Below are positions 42,201 through 49,892 of a stretch of 51,841 nt of DNA, in pieces; position 1 is the stretch's first letter; every line of letters starts with the position of its first letter. The position numbers and the translations under genes are program-made. Source of the stretch: an archaeon (GTDB taxonomy: Archaea > Nanobdellota > Nanobdellia > Pacearchaeales > GW2011-AR1). Below the pieces are notes generated by a model. It worked only from the letters and a program-made list of their open reading frames with translations. It was not told the DNA's origin and searched no databases. The stretch covers positions 1-51,841 of the forward strand of contig JBDRMT010000039.1 in the NCBI GenBank assembly GCA_043811855.1, in the 5' to 3' direction.

Positions 42201-43993
42201 TTAACTTCACTTAAGGTATCTGTTGCTTTTTTACCTTCAAAAGGATTAAGATTTGCCTGCGCATTAAGTATATTAAATTTTGTTTCATACCATTCTTTGC
42301 TTCCTTTTTTTCCTTCTGCTTCTAATGTTTTTAATCTAGCTTCACTAAACTTTATTTGACCTTTTAATACATTTTTTATTTGATTACTTACTATTAAATC
42401 TGGAACTGAAGCTGATTTTGTTAATAAGTTTGTATCTAGTGAAAATGAAAGTACTTTTTGATTTTCCTTATTAAATAAGTTTAAGGTAAGATCATCTCCT
42501 GAAAAACTTGTTTTTATAAATCCTTCTTCTTTTAATCCCTTATTGTTTATATGTGAAAAACCAAACTCATGCTCTTTAACTGATTCTTTTGATTTATGAA
42601 AAAAAGCTTCATTATTTTTTATAGATATTTTGTAAGAATCATCTCCAAATGTAACATCTCCTTTTTTTACATCAAAGAAATTATCTTTTCTATCAAATTC
42701 AACATAAGTATCATCTTCCTGCCCTCTATAAAAAAGACTATTAGAATTAAAATCATCAGCATTAACTTTTCCATTTAATAAGACTTGAGAGTCATCTATG
42801 AAAACTAAATTTTTTATTCCTTCTGATTTTAATTGGTCATATTTTGTTTTATCACCAAAGATAACTGTCATTGGTCCGTTAATAGAATAAAAATTTCCTG
42901 CTTCTATAGAAAAAACAATATTTTCAAAAGTTGCTGATGAAATATCTCCATTTTTATTAAGAGTTAAAGATACTTTTCCATTGCTTTTTAATCCTTTTTT
43001 TAAATAAGATTCAGGATCTTCTCCTAACCAGAATTTGTTAGTTGTTTTTCCATCAATAGAAAAGTCATTAATATTTTCAAGTTCAAGAGTTCCTTTAGTG
43101 AAATCAATTTCAACTTTTCCTCCTTTATTAACTACTACGGTATATATTTTTCCATTATTTTTAATAGGATATCTATCTCCTTCTTTTGAGGTGAATTTTA
43201 CATAAGTTATTTCTCCATTTTCATCAAGTCTTAGGGCTGCTTGTTCAATTTTTCTTAGTTCTCTTCCTCCATTTTGTTTAAAAGAATCAATATAATCAGA
43301 GTTTAATACTACCATATCATTTACATGAGAAATTTCTAATGTTTTTCCTTGAACAAGTACTATTTCATTACCTCTAAGTTTTACTGGATAGATATTTCCC
43401 CTATTATAGGGGTCTGAATTTACAATCTTTAATTTTCCATCAGGACTTTCCTTTATAGAGTAAGGTTCAGTTATAACAAGAAATTCTTTTCCATTTTCTT
43501 CTATAGTTATTTTATTTTTTTCAGCAGTTCCCTTAAGAGTTTCAGCAGAAGGAATTTTTATTGTGAATTCCCTTTGATTTTGTTTTGCATATTTTGCAAG
43601 ATTATCAAGTCCTTTTTGTGATAATAATTCTGAATAATAAGCAGCTTTATCTGAACTTGCTCTGTGAGAACTAATTACAATTCTAAGGCCAGATTTAACT
43701 TGATTATGGTTTGTATAAGAAGATATTTTTGAAACACCAGTTTTAAGCTCTTCATTAAAAGATTCTATCTCTGTATTAATTACTTTAATTTCTTCAGGAG
43801 TTAGGTCTGTTGTATCAGATAAAAGGTATTCTAATAAAGGGTCTGTTTGTTCTCCAATAGAAGTAACTTTTCCACTTGAATCAACTTTATATTCTAGTGC
43901 TGATGTTAGTTGAATAACTATTAGTACAAGAAAAATTGCTATTATACTAAGTGTAAACTTTGATTTTTTATTAAAATTTAAACCTCTTTTCAT
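39218..43993 (-). CDS. Giant (1591 aa) membrane-anchored/secreted protein with a C-terminal Fic (AMPylase-type) domain
   Basis: It has an N-terminal anchor FTLSIIAIFLVLIVIQLTSA and a long beta-rich, motif-poor region compositionally like the L proteins. TPR-like helical and Gly/Ala-rich hydrophobic segments follow. The canonical Fic motif HPFEDGNGRTSR is encoded at 39380-39415. Confidence 0.85.
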   Translation of the reverse strand: MKRGLNFNKKSKFTLSIIAIFLVLIVIQLTSALEYKVDSSGKVTSIGEQTDPLLEYLLSDTTDLTPEEIKVINTEIESFNEELKTGVSKISSYTNHNQVKSGLRIVISSHRASSDKAAYYSELLSQKGLDNLAKYAKQNQREFTIKIPSAETLKGTAEKNKITIEENGKEFLVITEPYSIKESPDGKLKIVNSDPYNRGNIYPVKLRGNEIVLVQGKTLEISHVNDMVVLNSDYIDSFKQNGGRELRKIEQAALRLDENGEITYVKFTSKEGDRYPIKNNGKIYTVVVNKGGKVEIDFTKGTLELENINDFSIDGKTTNKFWLGEDPESYLKKGLKSNGKVSLTLNKNGDISSATFENIVFSIEAGNFYSINGPMTVIFGDKTKYDQLKSEGIKNLVFIDDSQVLLNGKVNADDFNSNSLFYRGQEDDTYVEFDRKDNFFDVKKGDVTFGDDSYKISIKNNEAFFHKSKESVKEHEFGFSHINNKGLKEEGFIKTSFSGDDLTLNLFNKENQKVLSFSLDTNLLTKSASVPDLIVSNQIKNVLKGQIKFSEARLKTLEAEGKKGSKEWYETKFNILNAQANLNPFEGKKATDTLSEVKSLITEIESKADNQEYKEVLGKFYDQAGKLITQKVLDSKDSMIGTITVTQRGGFSSNPNLENLQPDISNTYQLKLGSNGEVRAYSDDQGKTWKPIDSQLPYDLKFLKKDSSVSALKSIQKSSSSEISYSVLIPENYNENVKLAQEAREDFKKAESTGIYQPGELESKQISTMISLGDNIEAERLAQRIIDLNSRGENINDAYVKEAYVQKARALFLDGKFAESKKTLDKSLSLYSDDVGIKKVYKDFTTTQLSTISNLANQEDERVFQNLGALTTDLGARSRSQGFFDSLAAIASPYTTGYKVTNFDSYLTDAESQIARAGKIGLGSKHMQQLVDNGINLNEYYESNYFDRFLGIYSSAGLDDLVPTNDLSDIFNNDKLRNTNPSQRQEIILSLLGEKGYSRDNPELQRRFDDTVRIMGLIDYATSKEHGDPTLRSFMTGGDFVEIGDRLGKEIKLNTAEYASLFAADIFLNPLNLVGAGFGARGASATTEGLSLGLTTGLKTTAKAWSGITARELASAYLKEVIVDAGVSYSLEGLANVDPELAKTIGLGMGLLVAGGFTKGVLDSLGSNKLGVKVFGDLTSTNKFFVRTQKDLDTLASKFDGKIGEDGIFKYNLDGNEIKVSINPQSTNELFEVSALDIALTHSQANLGQKILNDVIEEQSAKTSDELTSTARERLQADEQKFFDAGKNYPTDDQSAARGFIDSDHYFLYRDMMVGPDGYVIPIELRGQPELAYGIDDWMEWKRAHDYIEEVTKTNDGKISVDLIKEIGRRIPSKTLKGRLVNRQLDLVPLEQTQFRITDTIPGAEFQLGPLLIYDQENFLRYAANPYLDVSGKKLTDSPEMIDYLISRIYSDPELRTNADYIKSINYIKENPDKYYTGVVSYPTANKVPEMMDNLVEKYNPFIENAKTVREITNVAADLQREYVSIHPFEDGNGRTSRLLMDYVLRSKGLPPAHLKNPNLDITATPEKWREEVYQGVLNAIMNMENGRIVY

Positions 43994-44027
43994 GTATTTA
44001 ATAAAATAGTATGGTATAAATAATTAT

Positions 44028-44666
44028 TTATTTCATATAATTATCTTCCCAGATTCTTATTTGATTTTCATTAAATTTTATTTGTTTTTTATTTGATTTT
44101 GTCTTAGGGAATTTATATCTTAAGTAAATTCCAGCTATGATTCCAATTGCAATTCCAGAAAGATGAGCAATTGAACCTATGTTTGTGTCTCCTAAAGCTC
44201 CTAAAGTTCTTAATACATCTGCTATTACCCAGATAATTGATGCAATAAACATTGGCATCATTAATCCAAATGCCCATACCATAATAAAAGGTGCCATGAT
44301 TGTTAAAGCACCCATAATCCCATATATTGCTCCACTTGCACCTAAGCTAGAGGTGTAGAAATTTACAGATATTATATTTGCTATTATTCCTGAAGCTAGG
44401 AAAATAATTAAGAATTTGTTAGAGCCTACTTTTTTTTCAAGAAGGATTCCAAAAAACAAAAGTGCAAATAAATTAAAAAATAAGTGAGTTACTGAACCAT
44501 GTAAAAAAATTGATGATAGAAATCTCCAGTATTCAAAATTTATTAGTGCTTTTTCATTTAATATAAGAGTATCTGTAAAACTAGGAATTATTAATTGAAG
44601 TAAGAAAAATAAAACTATTATTCCTGCTAACCATAGAAAGTAAAGTTTCATTTTATTTTTTTTCAT
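44028..44666 (-). CDS. Rhomboid-family intramembrane serine protease
   Basis: 212 aa. It has YWRFLSSIFLHGSVTHLFFNLFAL, the catalytic GASGAIYG and AHLSGIAIG. It ends 34 nt upstream of the Fic gene start on the same strand. Confidence 0.85.
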   Translation of the reverse strand: MKKNKMKLYFLWLAGIIVLFFLLQLIIPSFTDTLILNEKALINFEYWRFLSSIFLHGSVTHLFFNLFALLFFGILLEKKVGSNKFLIIFLASGIIANIISVNFYTSSLGASGAIYGIMGALTIMAPFIMVWAFGLMMPMFIASIIWVIADVLRTLGALGDTNIGSIAHLSGIAIGIIAGIYLRYKFPKTKSNKKQIKFNENQIRIWEDNYMK

Positions 44667-44716
44667 GGAAAAAACAAGAAGGTGAAGTTTAAAAATACTT
44701 GGAAATTAGTATTTTT

Positions 44717-45841
44717 ATGGTATTTAAAATAAAATATAAGGATAAGAAGAGTGATGCAAGAGTTGGAATTTTGAAAACTAAGTCTGGAAGTGTGGAAACT
44801 CCGTTTTTTATGCCTGTTGCAACAAAAACAGCTGTTAAATTTATTGATAGTAAAAGATTAAGTGAGATAGGAATAAGGGTTATTATTTCAAATGCATTGA
44901 TTTTATCTTTTAGACCAGGTGTTGATGTTGTTAAGAAGTTAGGAGGTATTGGAAAGTTTATGAATTTTAATGGAATTAATTTTAGTGATTCAGGAGGTTT
45001 TCAAATGTATTCTGATTCTATTTATATTAAATCAGGAGATACAGGAGTTTTATTTAGAAATCCTATAAATGGAAGTAAGGTTTTTATGACACCTGAAGAA
45101 AATATGAAAATTCAAATTAATTTGGGTGGTGATGTTGCAATGTGTTTAGATAGGATGCCTCTTTATGAAGAATCTAAAAAGGAAATTAAAAAAGCAGTTG
45201 AATTAACTAGTAAATGGGCTAGAAGATGTAAAAAAGAACACGACTTGTTGCAAAAAAATATTAAGAAAGAAAAAAGGCAATTGTTGTTTGGAATAAGTCA
45301 AGGAGGGATTTATAAGGATCTTCGGGAGGAGAGCATTAGGGGTTTGGTTGAAATGAATTTTGAGGGTTATGCAGTAGGAGGTTTTGGAATGGGAGAAACT
45401 TTTAATGAGAAGATGAAGATTGTTAAACATCAGAAAGAAATTATTCCAGAAAATAAACCTGTTTATTTAATGGGTATTGGAAATCCTATTGAGATTTTAG
45501 AAGCTATTGGTTATGGTTTTGATATTTTTGATTCAAAAATGCCAACCCAGAATGCTAGAAGAGGAACTTTGTTTACATCAAATGGTAAATTAAAAATATT
45601 AAATAAGAAATTTGAAATAGATAAAAGTCCAATAGATAAAAATTGTAAATGTTTTGTTTGTAAAAATTATTCAAGAGCTTATGTTAGGTTTTTATTAAAA
45701 GAAGAAGAATCTGTTGGAAAAGAATTAGCAAGTTATCATAATATTTATTATTTGCAGAATTTATTAAGACAAGCTAAAGAAGAAATTAAAAAAAATAATT
45801 TTAAAGAGTTTATTAAAAAAATAAAAAAAAAATATAGTTGA
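44717..45841 (+). CDS. tgt: tRNA-guanine transglycosylase (catalytic domain only)
   Basis: It has ETPFFMPVATK, FSDSGGFQ, the Zn site CKCFVCKNYSRAYVRFLL...H and YLMGIGNP. I start it at the ATG at 44717. The track starts at a TTG at 44699. Confidence 0.85.
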   Translation: MVFKIKYKDKKSDARVGILKTKSGSVETPFFMPVATKTAVKFIDSKRLSEIGIRVIISNALILSFRPGVDVVKKLGGIGKFMNFNGINFSDSGGFQMYSDSIYIKSGDTGVLFRNPINGSKVFMTPEENMKIQINLGGDVAMCLDRMPLYEESKKEIKKAVELTSKWARRCKKEHDLLQKNIKKEKRQLLFGISQGGIYKDLREESIRGLVEMNFEGYAVGGFGMGETFNEKMKIVKHQKEIIPENKPVYLMGIGNPIEILEAIGYGFDIFDSKMPTQNARRGTLFTSNGKLKILNKKFEIDKSPIDKNCKCFVCKNYSRAYVRFLLKEEESVGKELASYHNIYYLQNLLRQAKEEIKKNNFKEFIKKIKKKYS

Positions 45842-45972
45842 GTTATATAAGTATTTTGTAAACTTAAAGTGTGAGAATCTTCTAGGTTTATAGCAGTTGA
45901 CTTATCATATAGATATGTTAGTTACTAGTAGGGTTAATAAAAAAATATAAATAAAAAAAAATAAAAATAAGT

Positions 45973-46308
45973 TTAGTTCTTTGCTAGTATAAATACACTT
46001 TTAATTGCTACTACAATTGTTGCAGGAACAAATAATACTAGTAATGCATCAAATATTGTACCTATGTATGGAACTGCTCCTAAAACATTACCTCCGAATG
46101 CACTAGCAATTATTAATACTGCTCCAGCCATTAAGAAAGCATTTGTTTCTTTATCTGCAATATTTAATAATCCAACTATTAATCCTATTATTACTAGAAT
46201 CAACGATGTTGTTGAGTTTAAACCACCTAATAAACCTACTACAACTGCTAATACAAGACCAATTAAAAACGCCCAACTTCCAAGGGTATTATTAGTTTTT
46301 TTTGCCAT
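45973..46308 (-). CDS. Small membrane protein (3-4 TM)
   Basis: 111 aa and highly hydrophobic with Gly/Ala/Leu/Val-rich helices. The antisense ORF at 46064-46354 is judged spurious. Confidence 0.6.
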   Translation of the reverse strand: MAKKTNNTLGSWAFLIGLVLAVVVGLLGGLNSTTSLILVIIGLIVGLLNIADKETNAFLMAGAVLIIASAFGGNVLGAVPYIGTIFDALLVLFVPATIVVAIKSVFILAKN

Positions 46309-46429
46309 GTTTCTTAACCTCCTTTCAGTCCTCTTTTTTAAAGTTTATTTTTAAATATCTTATAATTTAAAGGATATTTTGCTTTTTATAGGTTTCGTTT
46401 GTAATTTTTTACTTTTTAGTAATTATTAT

Positions 46430-46523
46430 ATTGGAGACAAGTATTTTTTAAGTAAGGTTTTAGTAATCTCTTAATATAAACACTTGAGCCTACTCTTGTG
46501 CATAATATGTTTAAGATTACTTA
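46430..46523. repeat. Copy 2 of the ~90-nt conserved intergenic element (first copy at 20310-20399)
   Basis: See the alignment given for copy 1. Both copies lie upstream of minus-strand genes for membrane proteins. Confidence 0.65.
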
Positions 46524-46740
46524 TAAATTTGGGCTAGGTTTTTTAAATTTGTTGATAGAAAGATTTAAAAGTTACTGTTTTCATTAATTAGTACGATGAA
46601 AGCTAAATTAATTAGGGGTTATCCCCATCACTAGAATAAAAGAAAATAATTCTAGCTTAGCTTTTAATAGAGATTTCTCATATGATTTGTGTTATGACAA
46701 GTTTTTTATACCAAATTATTCTTGTTTATTTAACTTAAAT

Positions 46741-46812
46741 GGCGGATGTAATTCAGTGGCAGAATACTCGGTTGTGGTCCGAGCAGCGAGGGTTCGATTC
46801 CCTCCTTCCGCT
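46741..46812 (+). tRNA. tRNA-His (anticodon GTG) with a genome-encoded G-1; no encoded CCA
   Basis: Hand-folded. The layout is G-1, acceptor GCGGATG/CTTCCGC (one T:T mismatch), D arm attc-agtggca-gaat, anticodon arm ctcgg-ttGTGgt-ccgag, variable loop cagc, T arm gaggg-ttcgatt-ccctc and discriminator T. Confidence 0.8.
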
Positions 46813-46838
46813 TCAAAATAAAACAAAGGAATAATAAA

Positions 46839-47990
46839 ATGGATACAGTAAAAGGATTTAAAGATGTAGAAAATGCATCAAAAAGAATTGCAATTAGAAA
46901 CATAATTGAAAATGTGTTTAAATTATATGGTTTTATCCCAGTTGAGACTCCTGTTATAGAATATGAAAAGTTTGTTAAAGGAGAAAATGCAAGTGATGAA
47001 GCTGTTTCAGATATTTTTAAATTAAAAGATAGGGGAGATAGAAAGCTGGCTTTAAGATATGAATTTACATTTCAATTGAAAAGACTTGCTAAAAATAAGA
47101 AACTTCCTTACAAGGTTTATAATATGGGTCCTGTTTTTAGAGATGAGCCTGTTACAGGAAATAGGTGGAGGCAGTTTACTCAATGTGATGCAGATATTAT
47201 TGGAGTAAATTTAAAAGATGTTGGAGAGATATTAAAATTAACTTCTGAAATTTTAAAGAAGTTGGGAGTTAAGTTTACAATTAATATTAATAATAGGAAA
47301 TTATTAAATGAAATATTAGATAGTATTGGGGTTAAGGAAAAAAATAGATCTGAAGTTATTAAAGAGATTGATAAGATAGATAGATTAAGTGAATCAGAAG
47401 TTAAGAGGAATTTAAAAAAATACAATGCTGATGGAATTATTTCTATTTTTAAGAAACCTGAAAAATATTTTGAAAAGTTTAAAAATTATGAAGATATTAA
47501 AGAGTTGAAAAAGATTTGTAATTTTTATAAGATTAAAACTGAGTTTTCTCCTTTTTTAGCTAGAGGTTTAAGTTATTATAACTGGATTGTTTTTGAAATT
47601 AAGGGTGAGATGAAAGAATCAATTACTGCCGGAGGTAGTTATTTGGTTAATGGGGTTCAGGCAAGTGGTATTTCATTTGGTTTAGATAGGTTAGAATTAA
47701 TTTCTAAGATTGGAGATGATATTAAAAAGGTTTTAGTAATAAGTTTAGGGCAGGATAAAAAAGCTGTTGAGTTTGCAGATAATATTAGAAGTAATAATAT
47801 TCCTTGCGAAGTATTTTATGGAAAACCTGGAAAAGCTTTAGATTATGCTAATTCAAATAATATTCCGCTAGTTGTTTTTGTTGGTGATGAAGAAGTTAAA
47901 AAGAAAAAGTTTAAACTTAAAAATATGAATTCTGGAAAAGAAGAATCAGTTAGCGAGAAAGGTTTAATAGAGATTTTAAAGGTTGTTTGA
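46839..47990 (+). CDS. hisS: Histidyl-tRNA synthetase (class IIa)
   Basis: 383 aa. It has GFKD, LRYEFTFQ, the motif 2 region GPVFRDEPVTGNRWRQFTQCDADIIG and a C-terminal anticodon-binding fold, VLVISLGQD...IPLVVFVGDEE. Confidence 0.85.
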   Translation: MDTVKGFKDVENASKRIAIRNIIENVFKLYGFIPVETPVIEYEKFVKGENASDEAVSDIFKLKDRGDRKLALRYEFTFQLKRLAKNKKLPYKVYNMGPVFRDEPVTGNRWRQFTQCDADIIGVNLKDVGEILKLTSEILKKLGVKFTININNRKLLNEILDSIGVKEKNRSEVIKEIDKIDRLSESEVKRNLKKYNADGIISIFKKPEKYFEKFKNYEDIKELKKICNFYKIKTEFSPFLARGLSYYNWIVFEIKGEMKESITAGGSYLVNGVQASGISFGLDRLELISKIGDDIKKVLVISLGQDKKAVEFADNIRSNNIPCEVFYGKPGKALDYANSNNIPLVVFVGDEEVKKKKFKLKNMNSGKEESVSEKGLIEILKVV

Positions 47991-48356
47991 TTATTCTGGT
48001 TTTGTACCTAAATCCATGTCATCTAATGCCCTTTCAGTTTCAAGACTTATTTTTGGAATTTTATCACTTTTTCTTAAGAATACATTTTTTCCTGAGATGT
48101 ATGTACAAGCAGCAATACCATCCTCTGCTCCAGTATATTCTTCTGAATATCTATCAATTAAAGCTTCTATTTCTCCTACGGGAATTCCATTGGAATTTTT
48201 TTCTGTTAGTTTTTCTAGTTCATTATAAAACCCTACTGATTTAGCAAGAGACATATAACTTCCTTTTCTTATTTTAAATTTTCTTCCATCTTTTGTTCTA
48301 AGAAATCCTTCTCTAAAATCATAACGATTCCCGTTTTCAGCTAGCAATTCTGCCAT
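47991..48356 (-). CDS. Hypothetical protein
   Basis: 121-aa ORF with ordinary composition, convergent with hisS. The two overlapping plus-strand ORFs have low-complexity F/L/S-rich products and are judged to be shadows. Confidence 0.5.
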   Translation of the reverse strand: MAELLAENGNRYDFREGFLRTKDGRKFKIRKGSYMSLAKSVGFYNELEKLTEKNSNGIPVGEIEALIDRYSEEYTGAEDGIAACTYISGKNVFLRKSDKIPKISLETERALDDMDLGTKPE

Positions 48357-48409
48357 AACCTAATATGTCTTTTTCACTTATAAATATTGTAGTCTGTTAA
48401 AAATATATA

Positions 48410-48751
48410 TTAATTATAATTTTCAAAAAGTCTTTCAGGATTGTCTCTTCTTTTTCTTGCTATGTTCATTATTGTATTTAAAATAGCAAAAATTATTATT
48501 GGATAGATTATAAGTAAGACTACATTTAGGATTGGAGCAAGGTAATAAGGAGGTGTTTTTTCTATAAGTTCTTTGTTTGAAACAGCTTTATAAAAATTAG
48601 CAAGTTCATAATCTGCATCAAAAAAGTATTTTGTTTCTGTTTCTTGCTCATAAACTGATTCAGCAACACTAAATTTTACAAAAATAGGGACAAAGCTAAG
48701 GCCTACTAAAATTACAAAGAAAATAAATATTTTAAAGTAAACATTTACCAT
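48410..48751 (-). CDS. Small membrane protein (2 TM)
   Basis: 113 aa with N-terminal and central hydrophobic helices. Confidence 0.5.
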   Translation of the reverse strand: MVNVYFKIFIFFVILVGLSFVPIFVKFSVAESVYEQETETKYFFDADYELANFYKAVSNKELIEKTPPYYLAPILNVVLLIIYPIIIFAILNTIMNIARKRRDNPERLFENYN

Positions 48752-48913
48752 GAATAATTAATGGGTTTTTAGTTTAATAATGTTTTTAAAATTAAACTGC
48801 TCCAAACTTGCTTTCAGTGGAGTTTTACACGCGTTGTTTTGATAAGATACTAGAATTAGGGGAGGGATGGGAGAGCTTATATTTTATTAGTACTATTTAA
48901 GAGGCCTTAAATG

Positions 48914-49603
48914 TTATTTTGGTTTTTTTATTCTTATTATCCAGTTTTTTTTAGAAAACCTGTCTTTTTCCTGAGGTTTGTAAAATTCTAATATTTTAAA
49001 TCCTGTTTGTTTTAATAAGTCTATTAGTTCTTGTTTTTTAAAAAGATAGTAATATCTCATATGTGCTTGATTGTTTTCTTTCCAAGACATATAAATATCT
49101 CCTTGATGATTAACAGATTTAAATCTTTTATCTTCTGAATCCCAGGTTGTGATTAGTGCTTGTGCATTTGGTTTTAAAACTCTAAAAAACTCTTTTAATG
49201 TTTCTTGTCTTTTTTGTTTTGTTTCTAAACAATGTAAAGTTGCTATAAATAACCCATAATCAAAAAAATCATCTTTAAATTCTGAAAGATTGTCTGTTTG
49301 TTTTTTAAAAAGTTTTATGTTTATTTTTTCTTTTTTTGCTCTTTTTTCTGCGTGGTTTAAAGAGTCCTGTGAAAAATCAACTCCGTAATAAGTTATGTTT
49401 GAATTTGAAATCATGTTTCTTCCATCTCCACAACCTAAATCAATTATGTTTCCTTTTTTATTTTTTAAAAAGTCAACAACTATTGGTATTTTTTTTACAA
49501 CATATTGATTCCAGGTCTTTGCAATGGAGTTCCAAACTTGTTCTTGTTCTGGTTTTTTGTTTTTTTCAAGGAATTCTTTTTTTGAGATTATTTTGATTGT
49601 CAT
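48914..49603 (-). CDS. Class I SAM-dependent methyltransferase
   Basis: 229 aa. It has motif I, IIDLGCGDGRN, and post-I YGVDFS. Confidence 0.8.
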   Translation of the reverse strand: MTIKIISKKEFLEKNKKPEQEQVWNSIAKTWNQYVVKKIPIVVDFLKNKKGNIIDLGCGDGRNMISNSNITYYGVDFSQDSLNHAEKRAKKEKINIKLFKKQTDNLSEFKDDFFDYGLFIATLHCLETKQKRQETLKEFFRVLKPNAQALITTWDSEDKRFKSVNHQGDIYMSWKENNQAHMRYYYLFKKQELIDLLKQTGFKILEFYKPQEKDRFSKKNWIIRIKKPK

Positions 49604-49606
49604 TTT

Positions 49607-49783
49607 TTATTTAAGATTTAGAGAAAAAATCTCTACAATTATTGTGTAAATTAATAGGAAATATGATATAAATATTTGAAAAGAACTAAAACATGTAGTC
49701 TGATAAGTTGTTAATAAGATTATGATTATCACAATAAAGCTAGAGGTTATTCCAAATAATTTAAGAATATCAAATATATCCAT
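49607..49783 (-). CDS. Small hydrophobic protein (58 aa), not in the ORF track
   Basis: My own translation is MDIFDILKLFGITSSFIVIIIILLTTYQTTCFSSFQIFISYFLLIYTIIVEIFSLNLK. It stops 3 nt before the methyltransferase ATG. Confidence 0.35.
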   Translation of the reverse strand: MDIFDILKLFGITSSFIVIIIILLTTYQTTCFSSFQIFISYFLLIYTIIVEIFSLNLK

Positions 49784-49784
49784 T

Positions 49785-49892
49785 TTAGATTAAAGAGTTT
49801 ACTATGACTGCAATTCCTACAATTAATAGTATAATCCCAATTCCTAGTAAAATCCATCCTATACTTTCTCTAATTTTTGATTTTCTTTTCAT
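49785..49892 (-). CDS. Tiny single-TM peptide (35 aa), not in the ORF track
   Basis: My own translation is MKRKSKIRESIGWILLGIGIILLIVGIAVIVNSLI. It has an ATGA overlap with the preceding peptide ORF. Confidence 0.35.
   Translation of the reverse strand: MKRKSKIRESIGWILLGIGIILLIVGIAVIVNSLI

Noticed and set aside
40894-42778. ORFs 40894-41082 (+) and 42596-42778 (+) inside the Fic giant
   Set aside because: They are antisense shadow ORFs within an uninterrupted 1591-codon frame.
45203-45430. 75-aa minus-strand ORF inside tgt
   Set aside because: It is antisense to a conserved enzyme CDS.
46064-46354. 96-aa plus-strand ORF
   Set aside because: It is antisense to the 111-aa membrane protein gene. 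The minus-strand product has coherent TM helices and a sensible start, while the plus-strand product is Pro/Asn/Thr-rich with no features. The choice is not certain.
47180-47425. 81-aa minus-strand ORF inside hisS
   Set aside because: It is antisense to HisRS.
47983-48244. Two overlapping plus-strand ORFs (81 and 85 aa) downstream of hisS
   Set aside because: Both are F/L/S-rich readings opposite the 121-aa minus-strand ORF, whose composition looks like a real soluble protein.
48790-48880. Relatively GC-rich intergenic patch (ctccaaacttgctttcagtggag hairpin; aggggagggatgggagagc) as a possible small ncRNA
   Set aside because: Only a 5-bp stem could be found by eye, with no recognisable C/D or H/ACA boxes and no known RNA family signature. 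It cannot be supported without covariance or expression data.
49336-49596. 86-aa plus-strand ORF
   Set aside because: It is antisense to the SAM methyltransferase, which has a GCGDG motif.
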